A stretch of 64,000 nt of DNA from Alphaproteobacteria bacterium (GTDB lineage: Bacteria > Pseudomonadota > Alphaproteobacteria > MPNO01 > UBA830). The DNA is taken from contig OZ219791.1 in the NCBI GenBank assembly GCA_964291215.2, forward strand, positions 3,360,001 to 3,424,000. Direction: 5' to 3'. Shown piece after piece: positions 44,766 to 55,844 of the stretch (position 1 is the first letter of the stretch; every line of letters starts with the position of its first letter). Made by a program: the position numbers and the translations under genes. The notes under the pieces are model-generated. The model saw nothing but the letters and a program-made list of their open reading frames with translations. It was not told the origin of the DNA and searched no databases.

Positions 44766-46223
44766 GGTCGTCTGTGAAGCGCAGGTTTTCGTGTTTCACG
44801 AGACGTTCGTGCAGGTTGTGCGCGTTTGCGTCCACGTTTTCCTTTCGGCGGGATATCGGGCAGTTCCCTAGCGCCCTGATGGTGCGGTAGCGCCCGGCGT
44901 CGTTCAGGGTTTTTGGATGCGCTCTTGTTGACCTTGTGGCAGGGAGCAGGCTCTTCATAAGTCGCGCGGTAGCCTCGACGACAAAGGTCAGTTCGCGCAG
45001 CAGGCGGCTACCGCACAGCTGGTGGCTACACTGGCCCATGTACGAGGCCCAGGACGCTCTTGTAACACGGGCCGATCTCTTGCCCGCGCTTGCGGTGCGG
45101 GAACTTGCACGTCAGGGTCCCACGACATGGAGCCACTTACTGTTGATCCGAAATCGTCGACATCGGGCGTTGCAGGAGGTGCGCCACGGCGGCCTCCTCC
45201 CATGACGCATCGTGAAAGCATAGCCGAGGCCTCGGAGAGCTTGATGCCGGAGGTCGCCTGCACGAACGCGACAGCACGGCGCAGGGACAGCATTTGGGCG
45301 ACCAGCAGGTTGATGACGAGGGCCTGGATGCCGATGCCGTACTGCACGGGATGTTGTTGGGGAACCGGCCCCGGGCCTTGCACTTCGGGCATTCCTCGGC
45401 GCGGCGCTCGACGACCTCGAACACGATGTCATGCGGCGCTCCCGATCGACGGGGCCGTCGGCGCCGCAGGCGTCGCAGGCCGCGACCGTTTCCTCGACGA
45501 TGGTCTTGCGCAGGTTGTCGCCCATCTGCCGGTTCGGCTTCGGGCCGTTGCTTCCGGCACGCTCTTGTCCGTCTGTGACGGCGGCAGACCGGAGTTCCGG
45601 CTCGTGCGTGGTCTTCTCCAGAAGGACGACGATGAGGATGTCGAGCAGGATGACGAGGACGCGGATCACGGCCTCTTCCGCCACCTTGCCGGCAGCGCCG
45701 CGATCTTGGCCGCTTCGAACTCCTCGCGCGCCGCGTTGACCGTCGCCATCACCCGGCCTTGCGCTTCATCAGCGCGCCGCCTCCGAGATGCGTTTCCACA
45801 TACAGATCATGCGGAGGCTGGAGCCCCGGAAGCAGCTGGCACAGCCCGCTCGTCGCCTTCGATCCAAAGTAGCCCACTGGCGGTCCCCGTCGTTCTCGAT
45901 GACCACCACTAAGCGAATCGGCATGCAGTGTCAAATCTCCACGAAAACCCGTTCGTTACTCTACCCCGACATCAAGCCGGAACCAGGGGGTGAGCAGTTA
46001 CGCGCCGAAGACATGCGAGCATGCCCGTTGTCCGGACCTGCGCGTGGGGCTGCAGCTGCCTGCCTGTTCGGCATCTGCCCGTGTGGATATCGGCACTGTC
46101 CAGATTCCAACGAACGCCGACACGGAAATACTACCCACCAAAAACCATCAATACAATGTCGATGGACTACTAGACCTTGCTGCACTAGGCGAATAGCGCC
46201 CGGCGCACCGTCAAGACGGGATC

Positions 46224-46994
46224 CTAGAGCATCACCTCTCCACCGCAACAGGCTATGCATTGGCCAGTAATGAACGCGCTGCCGGGTGAAGCGAGAAACA
46301 TCACCAGCCCGATCAGATCATCAGGCGTTTCAGGGCGCTTCAGGATCCGCTTGTTCTGGATGAAATCGTGCATTCCGTCGTCCATACTCGCGTGTTCCAT
46401 CTCGGTTTCAGTGTAGCCCGGCAGGACGGCGTTAACATTGATGTTGTCGTCGCCAAGCTCGCGAGCCATCGCGCGCGTCATCCCGACGATCGCTGCTTTC
46501 GACGAGACATAGTGCAGGAACCCCGGCACGCCCTGGGGGACGGTGCCCGAAGAGATGTTGATGATCCGGCCATGTCCTGCCGTGCGCATGACAGGAGCGA
46601 CCGCTGCAGCGCAGAGATAGGAGCCGGTGACGTTGACATGGATCACTCTGTTCCACTCATCGAAAGGGATTTCATCGAACTTACGGCGTGGAATCGTTGC
46701 GAATATGGCGGCATTGTTGATTAGGACATCAATCCGGCCGTAACTCTCAAGCGTTCTGGCAACCATCGCTTGTACCGACTCGGGGGCTCCCACGTCGGTC
46801 TCGATCGCGAGCGGCGTACCACCCCGGGCGCGTACCTCTTCTTCCACCCCGTCCAGACTCGGCCGGTTGATCTCCGCAAGTACTGGTATCGCGCCCGCTT
46901 CGGCGAAGGCCAATGCATATTCGCGGCCGATCCCCTGTCCCGCGCCGGTGATCACGACAACCTGGCCGCCCACATCGAAACGTTTTTTAGACAT
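46224..46994 (-). CDS. SDR family oxidoreductase
   Basis: TGAGQGIG, INNAA, YVSSKAA. Confidence 0.9.
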   Translation of the reverse strand: MSKKRFDVGGQVVVITGAGQGIGREYALAFAEAGAIPVLAEINRPSLDGVEEEVRARGGTPLAIETDVGAPESVQAMVARTLESYGRIDVLINNAAIFATIPRRKFDEIPFDEWNRVIHVNVTGSYLCAAAVAPVMRTAGHGRIINISSGTVPQGVPGFLHYVSSKAAIVGMTRAMARELGDDNINVNAVLPGYTETEMEHASMDDGMHDFIQNKRILKRPETPDDLIGLVMFLASPGSAFITGQCIACCGGEVML

Positions 46995-47440
46995 ATTGCC
47001 TCCGATCCCTGGAGCCGACACCATATGCTGGGATGTTCTGCATGACAACGCAGATCGGAGCGAAGTCTACGGCAGCGGACCGACATCGTCGGGGAGGCGG
47101 ATTCCGCGGGCAAGGCGGCCGGCGCATCTGCGCCGGGACACATGGATGGCTACGGTCACCGAAGCCCCGATGTGCGGCATTCTGGTTGCTCCTGCGGAAT
47201 AGGGGGCATTTTCGGCTTGCCACCGGTCGGATGCACGAATTTGCCCGTCCGCGGACGATTGACGATCGCGGTATTGCTGGGTGGTGGATTCCGCAGCTTG
47301 CGTATTGGGAATGAGCGCACGAGTGCGGCGGGAAGACAGGTGAGCATAGCACAACGTCATGCACAGCTTGGAATAGTCGGGCAGCCTGGAAACCACTGGC
47401 AGTGGCAAGCCCTTGTAATCGCGCCGCATGGTTTGCATGC

Positions 47441-49662
47441 GTAAGCGTTCGTTCATGCGGTGATGACGATCTGCGCTGAGGTTTGTTTTGGTGATTCGGA
47501 GAAGGGGGCTGATAAAATTTTTTGGCGGTGCCATCAGGTCGTGCATGGTCATGTGCATCGAGGATTTCGTGTCATCATCGGGTGCGGATGCCGTAGGCGA
47601 CATGCCGCAGTCGTCGTGTCGTGATTCGGCCACTTGGAAGTCCCTGCGAGCGTATTCGAGCCGAGGCGGGGGAAGCCCGCACGGCGGCTGCGGAGGGTCG
47701 CTGTGAGGAGCTGCGCTTGCAGGAGGTGGAGGAGCGCAGCCGCGCGAATTCCCTGAAGGCGATTTTCAAGAGCAATCGCGAGAATCTGTCAGCTGCCCGT
47801 GCGGAGGTCAGGGAAGTTCGGCGGACGGCGAAGCAGTCTCTTGCGCTGAAGCAGGAGGTTGCACGTCCGGGCGGGCTTCTTGCCGAGGTCGGCGCGCGGA
47901 AGCAGTCGACGGTAGTGTCGCTGCGCATGGAGAATGCCGGCCCGAAGACCGCGATGAAGGTTCTGAAGGGTCGGGGCGGAGAACGACAGGCTTCGTTCGA
48001 ACAGGTCGTACGGGCGCAAGAGCGAGAAGAGTCAGCGGGCGCCATCGAAGCGTGGCCGGCGCTCGAGGAGGTGGAGGAGCGGCTGGAGGTGGCGGAGGAC
48101 GCCTGCTCGTGCTGCGTTGCCAGCGGTTCGCACCAGGATCATCGAGATCGAGGCGCACAAGCGGCGGATTGTCCGCCCGCGCCGGGGCTGTGACTGCCCC
48201 GGTTCACCGAGCGAGGTGGCGGCGCCGGCGCGGGCTGGCTGACCGAGCAGGGGCTTTTGCCGGGAACGCTGGCCAGCGAGCCGGATGCTGCCCCTGTTCG
48301 AGCCGCGATCCTCGCGCACCGGGGTCTGCGCCATGCCGATGCATCCAGGCCCCGAGGGAGGTCCGGAAGTCGCGCCTGGCTCCGGACATCGGTAAGCCGG
48401 GACGCGGTTCTCTTCCACCCCTCGCGCAGCGCCGAGGTCGCGGCGAAGCTGTTCGCGGACGCCCCCATGTCTGCGACCGCTACAGCGCCTGCAAGAAGCT
48501 GGCGCGCCTGTGGCTCTTCATCATCCTGTGCTATTGCCGGGCGCATTGTCGACGCGACTTTCCGGACTGCGCCGGCCGCAGCTGGAGGGGTGGGAACGGG
48601 TCGATCGCGGAGATCTGCCGCCTGAACACGGCTCGAGTGCCTTGCTTCCGGCGGCGTTCGAGGCCGCGCAGGCGGCGCTGGAGACTGCGGTCGCTGTTTG
48701 CGGAAGCGCCGAGGCTTCCGAAAGCGGCGCCGGAAGGCAGGCCGCTGCGCTCAACCATCGCGTGTTCGTCGACCATGGACAACAATTTCGGGGAAAGGAC
48801 TATCAGGGGCCGGCCAACGGGGGAAGCCCGGCTTCGGTTTCGACAGCATGGACGGCTGTCATGTACACGGCACGGTCGAGAGGAACGGCCTCGATGTTCT
48901 GCGCTTGCTTGATGCCTGCGCGGAGAACGGCGGCCCGGCGATCTGTCGTCCTGGTTGCCGTGAGCCCGGAGAGGCGGCGGAGATTCGCGGCGCCGCCGTG
49001 AGGTCGAGGGCGCGACTTCATGGTTGCGCAGTGCTGCGACGATCACGGAGCGGACCCCATCGCCCGCGCCTTCTACCGCCGCCAGCCCCGAAGCTGATCA
49101 CACCGCCGCCCCGAAGACCCTCGACGAGCTCCGCCCGCCGACTTCCGAGTCGTGGGCACCCGGGAAGGCCGGTTGTGGAACGAGTTCGTCGCCCGCTGAC
49201 ACTGCCTCGGATACACGCGCCTGGTCGGCGCGCAGATGCGCTACCATGCGGCGAGCCGCTGCTTCTCGACCGCCGCATGGACCGCGCGCTGCAGCACCGC
49301 GCCCGTGCCCTGCGAGACCTTGGTCGAGGGCCCGCGCCGCGGCGTCTGCCGGCCGCGTCGGAACAACCAGCGGCCGCTACGACCGACATGACAGAAGCCG
49401 AAGAAGGACATCTGGCTCGCTCCGCAAGGAGCGAACCCTCAACCGCTGCTGAACCCTGCAACCGGCACAGGATGGCGCTCAGCTCCTCCTCCGCAGTGCC
49501 GGGAGAAAACCGCAACCAATGCGGAAAACACGGCATGGCGCCAGTGCCCCTCACCGCGCATCCCGGTGCACGAAACCGCTCCGGGTGACGCTGGAACTCC
49601 CTGACAAAAGCCCGTCAAACGGACGAAAACAACAACACTTCACCGCACGAACGAACGCTTAC
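47441..49662 (+). mobile_element. IS66 type 2, both ends present, degenerate transposase + DUF4338 passenger
   Basis: TIRs gtaagcgttcgttc / gaacgaacgcttac; 8-bp TSD ttgcatgc; CDRYSACKKL, CRAHCRRDF, DNNFGERTIRG; LWNEF..LGYTRLVGAQMRY. Confidence 0.9.
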
Positions 49663-49959
49663 TTGCATGCGTGTGACGGAGGGGCAAGATTGCCGGTCTG
49701 GCCTTGAAACGCGCTGAAGGACAGCGCCTTTCCAAGGCGCACCGAATAAGGCTAACGGGATTGGTATCAAATGATGAAGACCGGAGACGGTACCGGCATG
49801 GCGGCACCAGGATCATGAAGGCTTCAGAGTATGTTCCTAAAATCGCGGGTGGCTCTGAGCCATGGTATTTCATCAAGCCACAACCCACAGATGGGAGGGT
49901 ATCATGGCTTCCGGGGCGGCGCGGCCTCCATCCAACCAGAATTTTGGGTTTATCCGCGA

Positions 49960-50170
49960 CTTTAGAAACAAACTCTCAGAGTTCAGGGCGAAATGCCTGA
50001 AGCTGATGGATGAGGTGGCGGACAGCGACGAGGAAGTCGTCATCACCAAGCGCGACCGCCCGGTGTCCCGGCTGGTGCCTTGCCGCGAAAGGCCCAAGTC
50101 TCTCTTCGTGATCCACTGGGGCAAGATGGAAATCCGCGGTGATGTCATTGCGCTCATCGACGCCGACTAG
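49960..50170 (+). pseudogene. Phd/YefM antitoxin remnant
   Basis: SEFRAKCLKLMDEVA..EVVITKRDRPVSRLVP; no clear start, likely premature TAG, no toxin follows. Confidence 0.7.
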
Positions 50171-50665
50171 GATGCAGAGATCGGCAAGAATTGGAACGAC
50201 TTGCTGAAATTGTGCCTGAAATTCGTTTACTGTCGTGACCGAGGCTGGACGATCGCAGGTTTGGCGCATACGTGTCCGAAACACCATCGAGTGTACTGAC
50301 AAGCGAATGAACTCGCCGTTGGGAGATCTCGTTCCGAGAGGTAGCCATGCTGAGAGCCAGGGCCGGATTGACTTGGCGATGGGTGTTGGCGAACGGTGAA
50401 AATACGCCCTCTTTCGAAGCCTGATCGAACTTCCGTCTGATGGTGCGGTCGGGATCTGAGCGGGCGAACCGGCGATCTCCGGGGAGATCCCGTGGTCCGC
50501 TACATCGTTTCGACTGCGCTGGATGCGATCGACCGATCGCCGGCGCCGGGTGGCTTTCCACGGAGGCTGCAACGCTCAAACCCTGGCCCGATCGTCATGC
50601 AGGGGGCGGCGGATCGTCGCCGAAACCCCTCGTCCGGGACGCGTGGCTCGGCACATCCTCGAACG

Positions 50666-52072
50666 TCAGCGCTTCCGCCTGACCTCTTCGAGCAGGCGTT
50701 CGATCGACGGGTCGTCCTTGCCCATGGGCCTTACGCGTGCGAACTTGTCGCGTTCGTCGCCCCGCCAGGTGGGAGGCTTGGTCGCGTCGATGGCGAGCTT
50801 TCCTCCGACACGCATGACGGTGTAGTCCTTGCGCACCTCGGGTATGGAAATGTCTAGCGGATGGAGCCGCGTGCCCGGAACGATATGGGCCATCGTTTCC
50901 GGATTGCAGCGGCACGCGATCGCCCACAGCACATCCTCCGCATTGTAGATGTCGACATCCTCGTCGACTGCGATCGCCACCTTGACGTGCAGGTTGGGGC
51001 CCGAAAGCGCCGACATCAGCGTGTCGCGGACCTGGCCGTCCCAGCGCGCTTCCATCTGGATGATCATCATGAACTGGGACGCCCATGGCGGCACGAAGAC
51101 GTCTATGATGTTGGTGTTGCCGTGGGTATCGCGCAGCCGGTTGTAGTAGGTCGCCTCCATCGGTAGGGTGATCAGCGGTTGATGGTCGGTGAACCAGGTT
51201 GCCTGGATGTGCCGGAAGATCGGGTTCTCGCGATGCGTGATGCCGGTGATCTGATAGACCGGAGCCGGACCCTCGGCGCCGGCGCCGAAAGTGGTGAACT
51301 CACCGAACGGGCCTTCGGGAGCGCGGTCCCGCGGATGGACGAGGCCCTCGATCACAACTTCGGCGTGGGCCGGGACTTCGAGGTCGATGGAATCACACTT
51401 CACCATCTCGATGTCCTCGCCGAGGATGCCGGCGCCGTATTCCAGCTCGTCGAAATCCTCGTGCTTGCCCGACCAGTTGGACATGATCTCGTAGACCGGG
51501 TGCAGGCCGATGGCGAAGGCCATGGGCATCGGCTCGTCCTTGGCGACATATTTCATGTAGTGCGCGTAGTTGTGCCGCGCGGCCATCCAGAACGTTGCCT
51601 TTTGCGGATCCTCGGTCAGCATCATGCGGATGATGGCTTCGTTGCGGATACCGGTCTCGGGATCCTTGGTGATGGTTATGCCCGAGCCGAGATAACGTCC
51701 GCCATCGCCGTGGCTGTGCTGGGGAATAGGCAGCGCATGGAGGTCGATGTCATCGCCGAGCATCTTCACCTCCTTGACCGGGCCGTCGCCGACCATCACA
51801 GACTTTCCGCGCCGTGTCGCCATCCGTTCGGCGAGATACGGGCAAACCTCGTTCTCGCTGTCGAGGCCAAACGCTGCCGCCTGGCCGACGCGGTCCATGA
51901 TCAGCATGTCGGTGAGCCGCCAGCCGGGGAAACCGGTGAGATTGTGGAATGTCAGCGGCCCCTTGCTTTCGGAGCAGAGGTAGCCGACCTGGGTCGTCGG
52001 ATCGACAGGATCGTGGATATGCAGCATGCGGTTGTCGATGGATTCGAGAAAGCTGCGTAGCGTGTGCGGCAT
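50666..52072 (-). CDS. UbiD-family (prFMN) decarboxylase
   Basis: TLRSFLE, DGGRYLGSG, VPAHAEVVIEG, PEGPFGEFT, VDEDVDI, KLAIDATKP. Confidence 0.9.
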   Translation of the reverse strand: MPHTLRSFLESIDNRMLHIHDPVDPTTQVGYLCSESKGPLTFHNLTGFPGWRLTDMLIMDRVGQAAAFGLDSENEVCPYLAERMATRRGKSVMVGDGPVKEVKMLGDDIDLHALPIPQHSHGDGGRYLGSGITITKDPETGIRNEAIIRMMLTEDPQKATFWMAARHNYAHYMKYVAKDEPMPMAFAIGLHPVYEIMSNWSGKHEDFDELEYGAGILGEDIEMVKCDSIDLEVPAHAEVVIEGLVHPRDRAPEGPFGEFTTFGAGAEGPAPVYQITGITHRENPIFRHIQATWFTDHQPLITLPMEATYYNRLRDTHGNTNIIDVFVPPWASQFMMIIQMEARWDGQVRDTLMSALSGPNLHVKVAIAVDEDVDIYNAEDVLWAIACRCNPETMAHIVPGTRLHPLDISIPEVRKDYTVMRVGGKLAIDATKPPTWRGDERDKFARVRPMGKDDPSIERLLEEVRRKR

Positions 52073-52272
52073 TGCCGGTATCCTTCCTGGGAAAGAGTCC
52101 TGCCGTGGCGGTGGGACGGCTCGGAACGCGAAGCCAAAAGTCTATGGAATTCCGTTTGTAAGTAAAGGAACACTCATGTAACAAGGGGCCGGGATTGGCC
52201 GCGATCGCCGGACTGTCCCTCACGTGCAGTGCCCGGCGTTTCGCATGCGCCGGAACAGGGAGAGACGAGACG

Positions 52273-53487
52273 ATGGCAACCAAGGCTGCGACGGTCGGAG
52301 CCCATGTGCCCATCAAGTGGGCGAAGTTCGACTGGGAAGATCCGATGTTCCTTGACGACCAGCTCACCGACGAGGAACGCATGGTCCGTGAAACCGCCCG
52401 CCAGTACGCCCGGGAGAAGCTCCTGCCGCGGATCATCGAGGCCTACAACGAGGAGCGTGAGGATCCCGACATCATCCCCGAGATGGGCAGGCTCGGCCTT
52501 CTCGGACCGACCATTCACGGCTATGGCTGCGCCGGCACCAGCTACGTTGCTTATGGGCTGATCGCCCGCGAAATCGAGATGGTCGATTCGTCCTACCGCT
52601 CGACCCTTTCCGTCCAGTCGAGCCTCGTCATGTGGCCGATCTACAACTACGGCACCGAGGCTCAGCGGGAGAAATACCTGCCCAAACTTGCCTCTGGAGA
52701 ATGGGTCGGTGCCTTCGGACTCACTGAACCCGATCACGGCTCCGATCCTGGTGGTATGAAGACCCGGGCGACCAAGGTTGACGGCGGCTGGAAGCTCAGC
52801 GGATCCAAGAGCTGGATTTCCAATGCGCCGCTTGCCGACGTTTTTGTTGTCTGGGCCAAGGATGACGAGGACGTGATCCGCGGCTTCATTCTCGAGCGCG
52901 GCATGGACGGCCTCAGCACGCCGCGCATCAAGAACAAGCTCAGCCTGCGCGCCTCGGTCACCGGCGAAGTCGTCATGGACGAGGTCTTCGTGTCCGACGA
53001 GAACTACCTGCCCGAAGCGCGCGGTCTTGGCGGTCCCTTCGGCTGCCTCAACAATGCTCGCTACGGAATCGCGTGGGGCGCGTTCGGTGCCGCCGAATTC
53101 TGTTGGCGCGCCGCGCGCGACTACGCTCTCGAGCGTACGCAGTTCGGCAAGCCTTTGGCCTCCTTCCAGCTCGTGCAGAAGAAGCTTGTCGACATGCAGA
53201 GCGAGATCTCGATAGGGTACCAGTCCTGCCTGCGCATGGGCAGGCTGATGGACAAGGGCAGGTGCGCGCCGGAGTTGATCTCGATGCTCAAACGCAACTC
53301 TACGGGCAAGGCGCGTGATATCTGCCGCGACGCCCGCGACATCCATGGCGGCAACGGAATCAGTGACGAGTACCATGTCATGCGTCATATGATGAACATG
53401 GAGACGATCTATACCTACGAGGGCACGCACGACATCCATGCGTTGATTCTCGGCCGCGCCCAGACCGGCATCCAGGCTTTCGTCTGA
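52273..53487 (+). CDS. gcdH: Glutaryl-CoA dehydrogenase
   Basis: [67 protein letters not shown]. Confidence 0.92.
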   Translation: MATKAATVGAHVPIKWAKFDWEDPMFLDDQLTDEERMVRETARQYAREKLLPRIIEAYNEEREDPDIIPEMGRLGLLGPTIHGYGCAGTSYVAYGLIAREIEMVDSSYRSTLSVQSSLVMWPIYNYGTEAQREKYLPKLASGEWVGAFGLTEPDHGSDPGGMKTRATKVDGGWKLSGSKSWISNAPLADVFVVWAKDDEDVIRGFILERGMDGLSTPRIKNKLSLRASVTGEVVMDEVFVSDENYLPEARGLGGPFGCLNNARYGIAWGAFGAAEFCWRAARDYALERTQFGKPLASFQLVQKKLVDMQSEISIGYQSCLRMGRLMDKGRCAPELISMLKRNSTGKARDICRDARDIHGGNGISDEYHVMRHMMNMETIYTYEGTHDIHALILGRAQTGIQAFV

Positions 53488-53570
53488 CCGCGATGCCGCT
53501 ACGGTCTGGTCGGGAGGGCCCGCAGGCCGGTGCCCCGCGGCAGCGGGTGTTGGAATCGGACAATGCGGTC

Positions 53571-54109
53571 ATGACCGTCCACACGGCGACCGCGCTGATC
53601 AACGATGTGCGGAACGAGATTAAGGGCGAAAAGGCATCGGGATATGGCGCGGAGCCCCACTTCTGCATCGACTTGTTCGACGCGTTCGGGATGGCGGAAA
53701 ATAAGCCAGCCGATACGATCTCGATGGCGCGGGCATACGAAATCAGAGACCTCGAAACCGCCGGAGTCTTCACCGCGAAAGTCGGTGCTGCGCATCTGCT
53801 TCGTCGGGAAGAGCTGCCGACTGATTGGGACCCGACGACAGACAAACACCTGACCGACCGGGAATGCGCAGCACTTGGCGCCGATCCTGGCACCGCAGGA
53901 TGGCGAGGCATCGAGGCTGCGGCGGCACTCATTCGCGGACATGCCGCCGGAGCACGTCAATGCCGCCCGCTTGTTTGCCTGGCACCTGTACGATGTCTGC
54001 AGGCGCAGGGCCCGCGCGGCCGAGGCGCACAGGTCTGGAACATGCTGGCCCGCGAGTGGCCAGCGCTCGAAGGCGCCGCGGCGGAGATCGAGGCCGCAGG
54101 AGGGGCTGA
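53571..54109 (+). pseudogene. Second DUF1156-type methylase C-terminal remnant
   Basis: FCIDLFDAFG, LETAGV, LLRREELPTDWDP, ARLFAWHLYDVC, WNMLAREWP spread over frames (recalled similarity). Confidence 0.6.
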
Positions 54110-54111
54110 CC

Positions 54112-54327
54112 ATGAAGTTCCACCATTATCCCGAAACCGACAGCCTCTATATCGAACTCGGAACGGGGGCCGGTGCGGAAACGCGCGAGATCTCCGACGG
54201 GCTCAATGTTGATCTTGATGAGGACGGTGCGGTGGTCGGTTTCGACATCGACCGCGCATCGCAGCGACTCGATCTTTCGACGCTGGAGACAGAAGCCCTG
54301 CCTTTGCGTTCGCTCAAGGCCGGATAG
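54112..54327 (+). CDS. DUF2283 domain protein
   Basis: MKFHHYPETDSLYIEL..ETREISDGLNVDLDEDGAVVGFDIDRAS. Confidence 0.85.
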   Translation: MKFHHYPETDSLYIELGTGAGAETREISDGLNVDLDEDGAVVGFDIDRASQRLDLSTLETEALPLRSLKAG

Positions 54328-54593
54328 TCCGCGATCCCAGGTGCCGGGTGGATCACGACAGAACGCCCAGCGGCCGAACCGGGAGGACTGACGGACACCC
54401 GACAGCAGGCGGCGTGTATGATATGGGGTTCGAGGCTGTCTACCCGCAACTGGCTGAGATACCGCATGTTTCTCTGCCTCGTTGTTGCACCGGGGGTGCA
54501 AACGGGCGGCCCCCAAGCCCCGATTGCATGGTCGGTTGAGAGAAAATAGAATTTTTTCAGTTTGTTACCATATGATGTCCGGTAGCGTGTGAC

Positions 54594-55817
54594 ATGAAAC
54601 AGCCTCTCGACCATATCCGGGTTCTCGACCTGAGCCGGATCTTGGCCGGCCCGTGGGCCGGCCAGACACTCGCCGATCTCGGCGCCGAGGTGATCAAGAT
54701 CGAGCGCCCGGAACACGGCGACGACACCCGTGCGTGGGGACCTCCCTACGCGGTCGCGCCGGATGGCGGCGAAACTTCCGAATCGGCTTATTTCCTGTCA
54801 GCGAACCGCGGAAAGAAATCGGTGACCGTCGATATCAGCCGAGCGGAAGGGCAGGAGATCGTGCGCACTCTAGCTGCGGAGTCCGATGTGCTCATCGAGA
54901 ATTACAAGAAGGGAGGGCTCGCCCGCTACGGGCTCGACTACGACAGCCTCCGCGGGGTCAATCCCCGCCTGATCTATTGTTCGATCACGGGTTTCGGACA
55001 GACTGGTCCCTATAGCGGCCGCGCCGGGTACGATTTCCTGATCCAGGCGATGGGCGGCTTGATGAGCGTCACCGGCGAAGTCGACGGCCTGCCGGGCGGC
55101 GGGCCCCAGAAGATCGGCGTGGCGCTTTCAGATATCCTGACCGGCCTCTACACCACCGTGGCCGCGCTGTCGGCGCTGGCCTGGCGCGACAAGACCGGGC
55201 GCGGGCAGCATGTCGACATGGCGCTTCTCGACGTCACGATAGCGGCAATGGCAAACCAGGCCATGAACTATCTGGTATCGGGCTCGGCCCCCGGCCGCAT
55301 GGGCAACGCCCATCCGAATGTCGTGCCCTACCAGGCATACCGGGCAGCCGACGACCATATCATCCTTGCGGTCGGCAACGATTCGCAGTTTCGGCGTTTC
55401 TGCGAGATTGCCGGGCAGTCGGAGCTGGCGGACGATGCGAGATTTGCCACCAATCGGGACCGCGTCGTCAACCGCGACGAATTGGCGCGGATTCTCATTG
55501 ACATCATCGCTCGCCGACCGAGGAAGTTCTGGCTCAAGGAGCTGGAGCGGGCAGGGGTGCCGTGCGGTCCGATCAACGACCTTGCACAGGTCTTTGACGA
55601 CCCTCACGTCCGCTCCCGAGAGATGCGCCGCGACCTGCCGCATGCGGTCGCCGGCACCGTTCCGGCGGTCTCGAATCCGATGCGTTTTTCCGACTCGCCC
55701 GTCGACTACCGGCGCGGTCCGCCGACGCTTGGACAGCATACGGACGAAGTGCTTCGCACCCTGGTCAGGCTTGACGAGCAGGAGATAACGGCGCTCCGGA
55801 GGGACGACGTGATCTGA
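54594..55817 (+). CDS. CaiB/BaiF CoA-transferase (probably glutarate-activating)
   Basis: LDLSRILAGPW, DDTRAWGPP, ANRGKKS, RAGYDFLIQAMGG. Confidence 0.9.
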   Translation: MKQPLDHIRVLDLSRILAGPWAGQTLADLGAEVIKIERPEHGDDTRAWGPPYAVAPDGGETSESAYFLSANRGKKSVTVDISRAEGQEIVRTLAAESDVLIENYKKGGLARYGLDYDSLRGVNPRLIYCSITGFGQTGPYSGRAGYDFLIQAMGGLMSVTGEVDGLPGGGPQKIGVALSDILTGLYTTVAALSALAWRDKTGRGQHVDMALLDVTIAAMANQAMNYLVSGSAPGRMGNAHPNVVPYQAYRAADDHIILAVGNDSQFRRFCEIAGQSELADDARFATNRDRVVNRDELARILIDIIARRPRKFWLKELERAGVPCGPINDLAQVFDDPHVRSREMRRDLPHAVAGTVPAVSNPMRFSDSPVDYRRGPPTLGQHTDEVLRTLVRLDEQEITALRRDDVI

Positions 55818-55844
55818 TTCCGGCGGCAGGGGAGCGCACTCGAC

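Larger units (their letters stand above)
42691..46001 (-). mobile_element. IS66 type 1 copy D (hosts the group II intron)
   Basis: Both TIRs; 8-bp TSD gcgccgaa at 42683-42690 and 46002-46009. Confidence 0.92.
41606..46172 (-). mobile_element. IS630 copy 2 (hosts IS66 copy D)
   Basis: TA within CTAG at both ends; orfA start 42663; A-run slippery site near 42258-42265; orfB ends at 41619. Confidence 0.9.
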
